Source: Meyerozyma guilliermondii (taxonomy: Eukaryota). From it: 64,000 bases of DNA. A program made the position numbers and the translations under genes. Each line of letters starts with the position of its first letter. Within the stretch, counting starts at the first letter, position 1. Below are positions 10,922-22,703 of this stretch, in pieces. The DNA is taken from contig CP128815.1 of assembly GCA_051546255.1 (NCBI GenBank), positions 1,426,001 through 1,490,000 of the forward strand. The letters are read 5' to 3'. Below the pieces are notes generated by a model. It saw only the letters and a list, made by a program, of their open reading frames with translations, had not been told where the DNA came from and searched no databases.

Positions 10922-12250
10922 TCATTTTAGAGGTTTATCGTCATTAATCATCCGCCACAACACATCTTTCTCCAGAGAAGTAGGTCTATCATATTTTGTT
11001 CTTCTCTTCGCTCTCCACCAATGAGGCCAATTATACTTGCGAACAGCTTGCTGCTTGTTGCCCTTTTTTCCCATCATTGCCAATTTTTGCACGCCTCTAA
11101 GCTTCCTGAAGTTGATAGCCGTGATAATTACACCCTGGAGTATGGAAAAAACCACTACGGCTGCAAATCCAAGATTCGAGTCTTCGATGTAGTTTTTCAA
11201 GTTCATACCGTAGAAAGCAGGAAGTAATGTAGCCACGGTGAAACCCAAGGTGTAGATAGACACTTTCAACTCGAACAACATGAGCGAGTTTCTGTTGGCA
11301 TCAAGAATGATATTGACGATTTCTTCTGTGACTTTAATATCGTTTAAAAGTGATCCAGCCTGCTGGACAAGCTCATCGCAATGGTTGTAATAGGCTTCAA
11401 GTAACATTTCGAGGTCAGAATAGTCCGTGGGGTTATCTATGGTTGGGTCGTATCGTTTGGGGTGGGTCAAGTACATCGCAGCCAAATCTTCGTCGTTATC
11501 AAGAAGATCGTCCAAGACGTCTCGGATTAAAAGAGTCCGCTGGTGGAAGCTCGATAACCTCTTCAGTCGAATTAAGAGCTCCTGTAACTTCGTTCTGTCA
11601 ACATCTTCTTCCAACTCAGCTAGAATTCTATTACAGATGGAAGCATGGCTCTTCATCTCTGTCTCCAAATACGTAGTAGTGCTGATGAGTATTCCTTCTA
11701 AAACCCTGAACTCAAAAGGGGTGTTTCCCAGCGGCAACCTCAATACCATTTCTAAATCGTACATGAAAAGCCCTAGTTTTTTGGCAATTTCTGGCGTTGA
11801 AGTATCAAAGATCATCACTTGATCCTTCTTGATAAGGGCTTTTATGTGAAGCAAGTTGACAATAATGGACGCCGGCGACCGGATGATGAACAGGGGAATG
11901 ATATCCAACGATGTTGTTTCGATATTTCTCAAATCTCGTGGAAATAAATCGTTTTCCTTGAGAAATTGCATTTTGGGGTAGTTCTTAGAAACCTCTACGA
12001 TATTACCCTTACGGTCAAACTTGGTGCAAGATACGAATAAGTCATTGGGAGTCACTGGCTTGAGTTTCCTCGTAATATCAGCTTTATCAGAGCCCTGAGG
12101 TGGCTTTTTGTTTTCAAATATTTCTTCTAGGCGATGATTTCGGGTTTTTGTCGATGATAATCGAACCGCACGGTGACCACCAGGTACCAAATACTTGAAG
12201 AGTGGCTTGCATGACAGTCGGAGCAGCTGCTGGAGGCACGTACGATACAT
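10922..12250 (-). CDS. MRS2: Mitochondrial CorA-family Mg2+ channel (Mrs2/Lpe10)
   Basis: PRDLR, PFEFRVLE, ELEMLLEAY-like segment, LDANRNSLM, YGMNL signature; ATG at 12250; adjacent to VMA4 as in S. cerevisiae. Confidence 0.8.
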   Translation of the reverse strand: MYRTCLQQLLRLSCKPLFKYLVPGGHRAVRLSSTKTRNHRLEEIFENKKPPQGSDKADITRKLKPVTPNDLFVSCTKFDRKGNIVEVSKNYPKMQFLKENDLFPRDLRNIETTSLDIIPLFIIRSPASIIVNLLHIKALIKKDQVMIFDTSTPEIAKKLGLFMYDLEMVLRLPLGNTPFEFRVLEGILISTTTYLETEMKSHASICNRILAELEEDVDRTKLQELLIRLKRLSSFHQRTLLIRDVLDDLLDNDEDLAAMYLTHPKRYDPTIDNPTDYSDLEMLLEAYYNHCDELVQQAGSLLNDIKVTEEIVNIILDANRNSLMLFELKVSIYTLGFTVATLLPAFYGMNLKNYIEDSNLGFAAVVVFSILQGVIITAINFRKLRGVQKLAMMGKKGNKQQAVRKYNWPHWWRAKRRTKYDRPTSLEKDVLWRMINDDKPLK

Positions 12251-12508
12251 GCGGCCTATATCAGCTATTTTTTCAGGCGAAGGTAGTTGGCGATGTGAGA
12301 AATTTATCGCGAATCGAAGAAGCAAGCTGATGAAGCAATAATATAGAAACGAAAGAAAATGTGTGGAAAGGGTATTGAATGAAAACAGTAGTCTGAGCTG
12401 AGCAAATAGAGGTAATGAGAGCTCATAAGAGATAACGAGAGCCAGTAGTACTCAATTGACAGATGCATCGGTTCATTGCTCTACGACCTTAACGTATATG
12501 TATTATTT

Positions 12509-13241
12509 CTAGTTGAAAAACTTTCTTGTTTTGGAAGGACCAAACAATTCCAATCTGATTCCAGGCAATGCCTCTTCCGACAACAACTTTAATCTCTCTT
12601 CCAACGTATTGTCCACCTCAATTTTACCGGAAACATTGGTGACAACAACACCACCAGCAATGTCCTTACTCAAGAAATCAGTTTCGCTGACCTCAATATC
12701 GACATTTTCAAACTTGGCCTTCTCCTTAAACCCCTTGGCAGCATCTTCAGCTGCCTCCTTGGCCAACTTGACATCAGCCTCTCTAACCTTGACTATGACC
12801 TTTTCCTCTAACAATGCCAACAACCCTTCCTCGATCAATTTGGCCAAAATGGGCTTGTACTCGCTCTTCTTGGCCGAGATAGCCTTCAATTTCTCCTTGG
12901 CAGCATCGAATATATCGTTCAATACTTCCTCTTTGGTGGCCAAAGCCCGCAACCGAGTCTTGTTGCCAATGGTGGACTTGGTGATTTGCTGAGCCAATGA
13001 TGCTTTCTTGACCTTCTGCTCGTAGTTACTATCGATGGCAGCGGTTTCTGACCTCACAATGGATGCTTTTTCAATTTCGTACTCCTCGTCGGCTTTCAAT
13101 TTTATCTCTTTGGCTTTCTCTTGGGCCTCCTTTTCAATGAACGCCTTCATCTTGCGGAGCTCCGCATTTACCTACAGTTAGTTACAGATCCCAAATACGC
13201 AAATCCATCTTAGAACTTACCTGATCGTCCGTTAATGACAT
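12509..13241 (-). CDS. VMA4: V-ATPase subunit E, 2 exons (13241-13221, 13171-12509)
   Basis: Exon 1 encodes MSLTDDQ; 49-nt intron 13220-13172 (GTAAGT...AACTAACTGTAG); continues [23 protein letters not shown]. Confidence 0.93.
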
Positions 13242-13374
13242 GGCTGGTGGTGATGGTGGGTGAGGACTCCTTATCGTCGACTCGCGGCCACGACTGACGA
13301 ACGGGTGCACTGGATGGACTCTACGAGATACTATTCTACAATGTACAAAGCATGAACTTTTGAATAAATAAATA

Positions 13375-14279
13375 CTATACCATCTTGTCAAGGAAGGTTC
13401 TGGCCAACTCAACTCCTAAAAAGGTGGCAGCGTTTGCTGGGAAAGACCTGGCCAAAGCAGGACCCACACCAGGGAAGAATGCCTTGACCCCTCCACGCTT
13501 GTAGATGTTCTTTGTGGTTTGAACAATGGAAACACTGGTGTTCGAAGATTGCTGAGTCGACTTGATGGTGTCAATTGGGAACACCCCGAGCCACATGGAC
13601 ACACCGGCGCATCCACCAGCCATGGTGATGGCGAAAATGGACATATCTTCGCCTGGAGTCGACAATCTTTCCTTCAAGTATTCGTAGGTTGCAAAGTATA
13701 GAGCCGATCCTGGTCCGTCTCTTGCCAATGTTGCGGCTGAGCCTTTGAAAATAGATCTAATACCTCCGGTCTTGTACATTTCGGCAATCACTGAACCCAT
13801 CGACGACTTTTTGGCACTATCTTGAATCTGCATCATCACCTTGACTCTTTCAAACGGAGCAGCAACCAAAGTTGTAGGAATTGCCGAGATGAAACCAGCG
13901 GTACTTATGTCTTTGATAGTGAATTCTGCCGCAGTTTTACCAGTGGCAGATCCGACAATTCGTTTACCGACATCGTAACCCCAGAATGAAACAGCAAACA
14001 TGGGAGTCACTCCTAATAATGGGGGTAAGACTCCTCTGTAGAATCCAGTGGGTCCATCTTTGACCAATGTCTGCTTGATGCATTGTATGGAAGAATCGTA
14101 TAATCCGGTTTGAAGACGGACTTTTACCAAATCAAACGGGTGTCCAGTCAAAACGGCACTGTTGTTAGTTGATGAAAAAAACATTGATAGTGTATGAGCT
14201 CCACTTACCATATACCACCGAATCCACCAGCAGCAAACGATTTCACATTGTCCACCAAAGCACTGTCAACTTCTTCCAT
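13375..14279 (-). CDS. CRC1: Mitochondrial carnitine/acylcarnitine carrier, 2 exons (14279-14209, 14158-13375)
   Basis: Spliced N-terminus [40 protein letters not shown]; 50-nt intron GTAAGT...AACTAACAACAG; ARDGPGS and RSFPANAATF motifs. Confidence 0.92.
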
Positions 14280-14691
14280 AATGTAATTTTTCACAGGTTG
14301 TTGTCGTAAGGAGAATTTACCCGTACTTTATATTTTCGCGGACCTCGGACTAAAAGCCGTTGGCCTGTGCGCTCATGCACAATCAATAATATGCGGTTAC
14401 GGGGAGACATTGATGGTCAATTGGCGATCATCTGCTTACAAGGAGATTCCGTGGATACTTGGAATCCACTTTCACTCGAGTTTTTTGTATTAGGGTGGTC
14501 GTGGGTATTCTGGGGTAGTGTGGGGTCGTCGGTATGGTTGACGGTGCGCGTGCCGAGGAAGTACGCTATACAGCAACGTTCGAAATACGAGTATCTAAAG
14601 CTCCCAAATTCAGGTCAGATTACCTGTTATGCAGTGCATTTGCGTTCTTGTGCATTAACCGGTCCGTCGGTGCGTGAGGCGGTGGTCCGAG

Positions 14692-17205
14692 TTATAAACT
14701 CCGGCCCAATGTCCGTAGCTCATTATCGCTTTTCAAATCTCGGACAAACGCATCTCTTTGCGGCTTGAATTGTCCAAGGTACAACTCGGTATATATCTTG
14801 TGAGTGAGGATTTGCAATGATTCTTCGTTGCGTTCCAAGTCATCATCAAGCTCCATAATATCCTCTGATCCGGGCGCTTCTTGAGTAAGCCCTTTTTCAA
14901 GGCTCACGATTCCAACATAATTAACCAAAAGAACCGCATATTGGTCCCAGCTGTTAGCATATTGGAACATCATCTCCAAAAACAGATATATCTGGGCAAC
15001 GAAACTTCGGCCCGATAGTTTGCCAATTACATCACCATCCAACAATCTCGACCTGACAATGCTCAGTAAGTATGACGTATGGATATCGACTAGCTCGTCC
15101 AAATTGTATTCATGCACGTCGAGCTCGGTATGTACCCCGGATCTCTCGCCCGCGTCAACCTGCTGCTTTTGGAACTCCGAGATATGGTTGCGAAATTTGG
15201 TGCTTAACACCGGCATTCCGGACTCCCATCCGGATCCCTTCCGTGATTTGAAAAACTTTTGTAGCAATTGTCGCTGAAAACTGTCCTCGATGACATCATA
15301 AGATAGATAGTACGTTATCGCTTCCAAAAGCCCTAGCATTTCGTGGCGCACAACATTAACAATGTTGAACGTCTTGATGATCCAATAGGTTCGCCGGTCC
15401 CTCAGGTTCATCAGAAACTCAGCTCTCTTCATTTGCTGCTTGATCTGGGAAAATCTGCGGTTGACCAACTTCAAATCATTACGCCGTAAGTTACAACTCT
15501 CGATGAATCCAGCATTGAGAATTGACGTGAAATGCCGAACCTTCCAAAGAAAATTAAACGCCTTTAGGTAATTTGTAATGCCACCATTGGAACTTAAAAT
15601 GCTATTGATGGGTAAGTCAATTACTTTGTACTCCAAGGTGAAAACTTCCCATCCAATTGTGCCGTGACTCAACTCGAGGATTCTAGCGTCTAAGCGGGAC
15701 TGGTATCGGAAGTCGAGATTTTTGACAGATGAAGACTTGATAGAATCAACTAGTAGCCGCGCTAATTGCCCCGAAGTTAGTGATATTGATGGCTCATCGA
15801 ATATATCACTGCCATTGGTAATGATTTTCTCTATGAAATCGCTGGCCTCCATCAACATAAATCTCTTGCAATTAAGTAGATGGACAAACAACTCAAACTT
15901 GTAGAATACGACGTATGTCATGTAATTCAAAAGCTCCAGGTTCATTTGATTGACCAATTGCGACAATTGGTGAGCAGTCATGGATGCGAGACCTTTGTAT
16001 GAATGTATGGTGCCGGTGTGATGGCCAGTAAACGAGCTCAACCATTCGAGTTCCTTACAGTATTTTGATAAGAATATGATCATCTTGCCAATTTGAAATA
16101 TTCGATACCCAATGTTCTTATTTATGGCGGTAAGAAACACGGGTATTCTTGAGGTTGAAAACTGGATGATTTCATTGATATTTTCAGCCTGGGGATCAAA
16201 TGATATAAAGAATTCATTCAGATTGTCAACGAGCAGACCCTTGAGGAGCCAATGCTCTACCATTTCGTAGTATGGTACAGACATCATTGAGAAGAGCCGA
16301 TTAGAAGTTTTTTGGACTTCAACATCGCCAAGCTTTGTAAGATTATACACTATGGTGAGTAATTCGTCTCCTTGTATGTCCAATTTATCAGACAAGTGGA
16401 ATAGCACTCTTAAGGTGATCACTTTTGGATGAATTTCTTTGAGTACACCTATTATTGACGAAGGGTTATTTTGGAATATGGCGTTAACGGCTCCAGAGTA
16501 CGAGTTCAATTCTGAGTTTAAGAAGCTGAGGAACAGCCTTTTTATAAGAGACAGGTCCATGGATCGAGATTCGGTTCTTTTCTTCAACTCACGGAACAAG
16601 AGAGCCAGCTCTAGAACCTGGTTGAGTAATGATGCATAGCTGTTATTGAGCTTGGAGGGCAACAGCACGGAGTTATCTTTGAACACAAACAATTTGGAAT
16701 CAAGGCCAAGTAGTGTGTATGGAAGGTATTGAAGAATTGTCTCGTCAGAAAGTGTCTTGTAGTAAGGCTGTATTACTTCGCCCAAAGTGCCACTCGGGGC
16801 ATTTGAATGCAATGGAGATGACCGGAGGTTCGAGATCCCAGTTCCTATATTGAATGGCAGTGGAGGAGGCGCCATTTGTTGACGAGATTTTGGTAATGGG
16901 CTCATCTCGTGTCGCAGATTGTTGATGACACTCTTCAAATAATCCACGATACTATCCACGGAAGTCATGCGATCTATATCATGTAGCAATGAATCGAATT
17001 TGCTGCTTTCCCAGCCTTTTTGAGCGAAAAGACTTCGTATTTGTGATGAAACTTCCAACTCCAAGTCTCTTCTTCGCGATAATGAAGCATCTACAAATGC
17101 TGAAAAAAACTCACTCAAAGTCCGTATGAAGTCTAGACCTGCCTCCGGTGGAAGGAGGATATGTAGCACCCGACTGATGTAAATCAGTAGCAAGTCTGAG
17201 GACAT
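14692..17205 (-). CDS. SPC98: Gamma-tubulin complex component GCP3
   Basis: GRIP-type motifs YTLLGLDS, RLDARILELSHGTIGWEVFTLEYKV, YLKAFNFLW; ATG at 17205. Confidence 0.85.
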   Translation of the reverse strand: MSSDLLLIYISRVLHILLPPEAGLDFIRTLSEFFSAFVDASLSRRRDLELEVSSQIRSLFAQKGWESSKFDSLLHDIDRMTSVDSIVDYLKSVINNLRHEMSPLPKSRQQMAPPPLPFNIGTGISNLRSSPLHSNAPSGTLGEVIQPYYKTLSDETILQYLPYTLLGLDSKLFVFKDNSVLLPSKLNNSYASLLNQVLELALLFRELKKRTESRSMDLSLIKRLFLSFLNSELNSYSGAVNAIFQNNPSSIIGVLKEIHPKVITLRVLFHLSDKLDIQGDELLTIVYNLTKLGDVEVQKTSNRLFSMMSVPYYEMVEHWLLKGLLVDNLNEFFISFDPQAENINEIIQFSTSRIPVFLTAINKNIGYRIFQIGKMIIFLSKYCKELEWLSSFTGHHTGTIHSYKGLASMTAHQLSQLVNQMNLELLNYMTYVVFYKFELFVHLLNCKRFMLMEASDFIEKIITNGSDIFDEPSISLTSGQLARLLVDSIKSSSVKNLDFRYQSRLDARILELSHGTIGWEVFTLEYKVIDLPINSILSSNGGITNYLKAFNFLWKVRHFTSILNAGFIESCNLRRNDLKLVNRRFSQIKQQMKRAEFLMNLRDRRTYWIIKTFNIVNVVRHEMLGLLEAITYYLSYDVIEDSFQRQLLQKFFKSRKGSGWESGMPVLSTKFRNHISEFQKQQVDAGERSGVHTELDVHEYNLDELVDIHTSYLLSIVRSRLLDGDVIGKLSGRSFVAQIYLFLEMMFQYANSWDQYAVLLVNYVGIVSLEKGLTQEAPGSEDIMELDDDLERNEESLQILTHKIYTELYLGQFKPQRDAFVRDLKSDNELRTLGRSL

Positions 17206-17549
17206 TGGGTGTTTGGTGAGGTTGTTTGTTGTTAGTCCGCGACGCGATGATTCGCACCTGCGAGCGTACAGGAGCGAAAGTTGCAAAGTTAAGAGAGTCA
17301 AGGTTAGGCAGAAAAAGGTATTAAAATTATAGATAGGGAGGTATGAAAGTTATTCTTAGCGTTGAGATTGTGTAGAAAATTGTTGATGGAGTAATTTTTC
17401 AAAAGGCTAGAGATGATTTGAAAGAGGTTGCGAAGGGTTATAGTGGCATATATTTGGAAAAGCTACGCTAATCTAAAAGATTGAGCACGAACAAAAGAAA
17501 GACAAGAAAAAGTAAATCCAATTTTAGGTGTTATGGAGAATCATAGTGA

Positions 17550-19271
17550 CTATACCATGATACCAGAGCTGACACCAATAGGGCTGATCACAGGCTCAAA
17601 CACATTTGGGTTCAAGTCCTTGTCGGTCAAGTTCAATTGTTCGTCTGTCCAAATATGGCTGCTTGCACTAGCATCCTTTTCACCAACTCCACACAAGCCA
17701 CCTTGAGCTTCCCAATCACCAATACGAGACAATTGCAACTCAGAGAAAACTGAGTCAAGTGCACCAATCAAGTCATTGGAGATCTCAGGACCGTGGCCAG
17801 GCGTAGGGGTGATTCTCAACCGTTCCTGGCCAATTGGGACAGTGGGGAAGTTGATGGCTTGAACGTAAATGTTATGCTTGTCCAATAATAAGTCAGATGC
17901 TTTCTTGGCATCAGCAGCATTACCAACTAACACCGGCACGATGTGCGAAGGGTTTGGAATCACAGGGACTCCGAGAGAGTTCAAGTTGTCTTTGACGTAT
18001 CTAGTGTTCTTTTGTTGAGCAATACGGTCCATCAAGGTGGATCTTTGGTACCGAATAGCTTCACTAGATCCCGCCATAATGGCAGGAGGTAAACTGGTGG
18101 TGAAAATAAACCCTGGAGCATAAGATCTGAACCAGTCAATCATGTTTGCCTTACCGGTAACATAACCTCCTACAGTTCCGTAAGCCTTACCCAAAGTACC
18201 AGTTACCATGTCGATTCTGTTCATGACAGTGGAAGTGGCTGGTTGTTCAATTCCAGCTTTCAAGTGGGCTTCAAAGTTCAAGTGCTCGGCAACACCAGCA
18301 CCATGAGGACCGTACATACCCACGGCATGAACTTCGTCCAAAAAGGTCAACGCACCATACTTGTCAGCCAAGTCGCAAATGGCTTCGATAGGCGCAATAG
18401 AACCACACATCGAGTACACCGATTCAAACGCAATCAACTTGGGGGTGGATTTAGGGTACATAGCCAACTTTTCCTCCAAGTCTTGCAAGTTGTTATGCTT
18501 GAAAACATGTTTTTTGGCTCTGGAATTTCTGATACCTTGGATCATGGAAGCATGATTCAACTCGTCGGAAAAGATCACCAAGTCCTTCATTTTTTGGCCC
18601 AACAACGACAAGACGGCATCATTGGCAACAAAGCAAGACGAGAACACCAACGCAGCTTCATGCTTGTGCAAAGCCGCAAGTTCAGATTCCAATTTGATGG
18701 CATGTCGGTTATGACCGGCGATGTTTCGGGTTCCACCAGCACCAGTACCGTACTTTTCCAATACCCGCTTCATCTCGGTCAAAGTTTTTTCGTTCTTGCC
18801 CATTCCAAGGTAATCATTGGAGCACCAAACCATCACCTTGTCTTCCTCAGCGGTACGATGAGCCCGAGGAAATTCATGGGCTAACCGATTGATGTTGTTG
18901 AAGTAACGATACAGCTTGTCGGACCGTTTCTTGTCCAACTCACTGCCCAAGAACCCATCATAGTCAAACGCCTCCTCTTTGGAGCCAAGGTTGACTTGAT
19001 GACCGGCAAGCTGGTCCTGCTTGTAGACGTAAGGAGTCGAGATTTTTTGGCCACCAGAAGCCGCCGATGCCGCAGTGGCACTGACAGGCTTGGAGGCAGT
19101 GGTGTACGATCTTGTCGATCCTTCACAAGTTTTTAAAGCGGCATTCATGAATGGGCATTGACGAGCCTGATTGGCCAAACCCGACTTCTGACTCATCTGA
19201 CGAAGAGATTGGGCCGAGGCCGACTTCACGAACGGACATACCTTCAACGAGGCACGGGTGACAACTTCCAT
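17550..19271 (-). CDS. HEM1: 5-aminolevulinate synthase
   Basis: CPF heme-regulatory motifs, [40 protein letters not shown] at 19271. Confidence 0.97.
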   Translation of the reverse strand: MEVVTRASLKVCPFVKSASAQSLRQMSQKSGLANQARQCPFMNAALKTCEGSTRSYTTASKPVSATAASAASGGQKISTPYVYKQDQLAGHQVNLGSKEEAFDYDGFLGSELDKKRSDKLYRYFNNINRLAHEFPRAHRTAEEDKVMVWCSNDYLGMGKNEKTLTEMKRVLEKYGTGAGGTRNIAGHNRHAIKLESELAALHKHEAALVFSSCFVANDAVLSLLGQKMKDLVIFSDELNHASMIQGIRNSRAKKHVFKHNNLQDLEEKLAMYPKSTPKLIAFESVYSMCGSIAPIEAICDLADKYGALTFLDEVHAVGMYGPHGAGVAEHLNFEAHLKAGIEQPATSTVMNRIDMVTGTLGKAYGTVGGYVTGKANMIDWFRSYAPGFIFTTSLPPAIMAGSSEAIRYQRSTLMDRIAQQKNTRYVKDNLNSLGVPVIPNPSHIVPVLVGNAADAKKASDLLLDKHNIYVQAINFPTVPIGQERLRITPTPGHGPEISNDLIGALDSVFSELQLSRIGDWEAQGGLCGVGEKDASASSHIWTDEQLNLTDKDLNPNVFEPVISPIGVSSGIMV

Positions 19272-20214
19272 GATCAAAATTAGAACAAAAGTTGAAAATA
19301 AGAAAGTACGTTTGTCTTGTGCTTATGGTGACCTAACAAATTTTCACGCTCGCGGCCGGATCCCAATGCGGAAATGGAATCCGCGGGGTTTCAATCGGAT
19401 AATAATACATTGACGGAAATAGACAAAGGGACGCTGCAACTTGGCCATACACATCCCAGATACATGCAGATGATAATCGTGGCTGTTTCTGATACATACG
19501 GATCAAAAATGGTAGAGTTGAGTCCTGCCACTTTCTAACAAATCATAGCGCTGGTTATTTATCTTACCTAAAAATGCTCGCGCGCTTACCAAATACTCCC
19601 CGCGCCATGTGATCCTCAATGCCTACGGTTAATGTCAAGTAAAGCGTGGTTGGAAACCCCAACCCCAACACAGACTGAAGGAAACTGCTGTCGCTCTTTC
19701 ACTCAAATCATCAAATGGCATTCACTTAAATCTCTTTTGGTCCTGCATATAATCCAAGCAATTTGCAGCCATTACCCACCAGAACACTTCACTGTTTTCA
19801 TTAGTTTTATTTCGTGGCGTTCTCACTTACCACTCTTTGCTGAGTCCGACATGACTGTTCATGAAAATCATGTATACCAGAGCGCCAAATTCTTTGAATG
19901 AGGGCGCAGTTATTGGCGCCAAGACCTGCCAAGCATACCCCAGTCTGATTTCTGTCAAGGAAAAAGGCTTTTAGGAGATCTAAAATCTTGTACGAAAGCC
20001 CCTTTTTCGGTAAGAGGTTGATCAAAAGAGTACCAGTAACATAATTTGGCGCCAATACCTCACCACCAATGCCGAAATAATTATAAAGTTTTTCATGATC
20101 AAGAAATACTTGCATGAAGAATAAGCATTAACTGAATTTCCAAGACTCTGCAAAGGTGCAATGATGTAGCTCTTATGCTTTAAAGTGACGGGCTTATCCA
20201 TTTCTTCTACAACA

Positions 20215-21753
20215 ATGACGAACGAGGAAAAACCCGAACCAGAGGTCGCAGAAGTGTCAAGTGTATCAGATGTCAGTTCCATAGACATGAAAGGTCTCGA
20301 TGCTGGTGACAGTATTCTACACCAAAAGATAAAGCTTATAAATGATGCCATAGACGAGATTGGATTCACGCCGTACCATCTCAAGATTTTTTGTCTTAGT
20401 GGTATGGGCTACGCTACAGATTCGCAACTAATGTATGTTGAAAGCAGTGTTCGAACTTTCGTCAATTATCAGTTTGGATACACCTACCCTGTCAGCAACC
20501 AGTGTCTCTACTTGGGTATGATTTTGGGTGCGTTTTTTTGGGGGTTTGGAGCAGATTTAATTGGAAGAAAGTTGGCTTTCAATTTATCTCTTTTGCTTTC
20601 TGCTGTACTTACAATCCTTGCCGGGGCCATGGGTTCTTTTGCAACCTACAACCTCTTTGTGCTTCTTTCATGTTTTGCAGCAGGAGGAAACTTGGTCTTG
20701 GATGCTTGTGTGTTTTTGGAATTTCTTCCCAAGAAGAACCAATGGCTTTTAACTTTCTACGCCTTTTTTTGGGGAATTGGTCAAACTTTGGCAGTTCTTT
20801 TCGCTTGGGCTTTCCTTCCAAAGTACTCGTGTGAGTCAGCTGATTACTGTCCTTCTCACATCAATAAAGGCTGGAGATACACTTATTACGTTAATGGAGC
20901 GTTTGTGCTCGTGATGGCCCTTCTTCGTATTTTTGTTGTCAGATTGAAAGAGACACCAAAGTTTTCAGTTTCTAACAATCGTGATGCAGAAGCAATTGAT
21001 GTCCTTCAATACATTGCAAAAAAATACAACAGATCGTGCTCTTTGACTTTAGAGGAACTTCAGAGCTGTGGAGAAGTAACTGCAAATCAAGACTTTCGAA
21101 GCAAGGCCGATTTGCTCAATACCTTCAAGTATTCATGGAAACATATCAAGATTTTGTTCAACAACAAAACTACAACAAAATCTACCATTCTTTTAATGAT
21201 TTCATGGGCCCTTTTGGGTATAGCATACCCTCTTTATTCGGCCTTTTTACCTCAGTATCTTGCTTCCAGAGGTGACAATATAAGTGCTCCAGACACTTAT
21301 GGCGTCTATAGGGACAACGTTATAAGTAATCTTTGCAGTTGCTTTGGACCTATGATAGCTGGACTAATGCTCTACTATATGCCTTGGATTGGTAGAAAAG
21401 GTGTAATGGTATTTGGAGGATTATCAACTATGGCTCTATTATTCGGCTACACTCAAGTCACCAATAGAGCTGGAAATGTGGGTTTGAGTTCTGCCGTTTA
21501 CATTACCCTTTACATCTACTACGGATGCATATATGCTTATACTCCGGAGGTGATGCCGTCAGCGGCTCGAGCGACTGGAAATGCAATTTGCATAGGTTTA
21601 ACCAGAATCAGCGGAGTGATCGTACCAACCATTGCTTATTTTGCGGGAGTTACTACTGCTATTCCCATTTGGATATGCGGAGCCGTAGTGGGGATTATTG
21701 GTTGCATCGCATTGCTCTTTCCTTATGAACCCAGCAAAATGAGAGTTGTCTAA
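20215..21753 (+). CDS. MFS transporter, substrate unknown
   Basis: About 12 TM segments, ADLIGRK motif A, ETPKF, YAYTPEV; ATG at 20215. Confidence 0.85.
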   Translation: MTNEEKPEPEVAEVSSVSDVSSIDMKGLDAGDSILHQKIKLINDAIDEIGFTPYHLKIFCLSGMGYATDSQLMYVESSVRTFVNYQFGYTYPVSNQCLYLGMILGAFFWGFGADLIGRKLAFNLSLLLSAVLTILAGAMGSFATYNLFVLLSCFAAGGNLVLDACVFLEFLPKKNQWLLTFYAFFWGIGQTLAVLFAWAFLPKYSCESADYCPSHINKGWRYTYYVNGAFVLVMALLRIFVVRLKETPKFSVSNNRDAEAIDVLQYIAKKYNRSCSLTLEELQSCGEVTANQDFRSKADLLNTFKYSWKHIKILFNNKTTTKSTILLMISWALLGIAYPLYSAFLPQYLASRGDNISAPDTYGVYRDNVISNLCSCFGPMIAGLMLYYMPWIGRKGVMVFGGLSTMALLFGYTQVTNRAGNVGLSSAVYITLYIYYGCIYAYTPEVMPSAARATGNAICIGLTRISGVIVPTIAYFAGVTTAIPIWICGAVVGIIGCIALLFPYEPSKMRVV

Positions 21754-21833
21754 GACGAGAGTTGTCTATTTATTACAAATTTCTACTTTATTTTCTCTAC
21801 GTCATATCTCGTCAACACCCTGTATTATATTAT

Positions 21834-22483
21834 TTACTCGTCATCTTCCTCTTCTTCGTCAGCGACGGAGTAGAATTGCAATTGGTATTGGTTCTGCTTT
21901 ACAGAAACAAATCTGATCCAATCTCTGATTTGGTTCTTCTTCAAGTATCTCTTGGTCAAGTATTTCAAGTACTTACCGGAAAACTTGGTGTTGGAAACAA
22001 CAACAACCTTGTTACCTTCTTCGGTAACAGAGATGTCATCACCCAAGTTACCGACAATGTTGTCGACCTTGATGTGCTCAACCAAGTACTTGACGTAACC
22101 TTCTTGGTCGAAAACACCGTTCTCAACTGGAGCGCTGGTGTCAACGACGAATTTCTTAGCAGCCTTAGCCTTCTTGTTGGTCTGTCCTGTTAGCCTACCG
22201 CACTATTATCAAATGATAAAGACAGCATAGCCCAGGAACGGGGTGTTGAACTGGAGCAAAAAAAAGCCACTTAACAAGGTTAAGTCACCTGTAGAAAGAA
22301 AAAAAAGCTCATGGTGGTAAAAACAATGCACATTGGCATGAATGCTTGGGTGAAAAATTTATGAAAAGGCATCAAAAAAAACCCAAATATTCTGTCTTTA
22401 AACCGTTAAGGTATTGTCCTCTCAAACACACCCGTAATAGGGATACTGATCTTCTAAACGCTAATACTTACAATTGGAGCCAT
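21834..22483 (-). CDS. RPL22: 60S ribosomal protein eL22, 2 exons (22483-22472, 22181-21834)
   Basis: MAPI, then a 290-nt intron (GTAAGT...GGCTAACAGGACAG), then [14 protein letters not shown]...[27 protein letters not shown]. Confidence 0.95.
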
Positions 22484-22559
22484 TATTATAGAAGTAGTGA
22501 TACTATTGAATTTACCTGCGACTGAAAAAAATTACCGAGCGAAACCGCGATGAATGTTG

Positions 22560-22596
22560 CACGTGCGTCTGTCACGTGCGTTAGGGCATTCAGCCC
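22560..22596. promoter_or_regulatory. Cbf1 (CACGTG x2) plus Tbf1 (TTAGGGC) module upstream of RPL22
   Basis: CACGTG at 22560-22565, TCACGTG at 22572-22578, TTAGGGC at 22581-22587; Tbf1/Cbf1 is the known ribosomal-protein gene regulator pair in C. albicans. Confidence 0.65.
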
Positions 22597-22703
22597 GGTG
22601 CTCATGAGTCGCGACTACTCAACTGCTTGGCGACTATCGAGTTATCTTGAGTCATGACTCACGAGATTTATGTTGGGAACCCCGCAACATTATTCGAACG
22701 ATA

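Noticed and set aside
14380..14520. Short words and a GATTCC...GGAATC hairpin reminiscent of yeast RNase MRP RNA
   Set aside because: The pieces are in the wrong order and the conserved P4 (CR-I/CR-V) motifs are not found; the region fits the CRC1 promoter. An Infernal/Rfam search would settle it
18243..18884. Long antisense ORFs over HEM1 (and similarly over VMA4, RPL22, GIP4 and others)
   Set aside because: Shadow ORFs produced by codon bias on the real strand; no domain features
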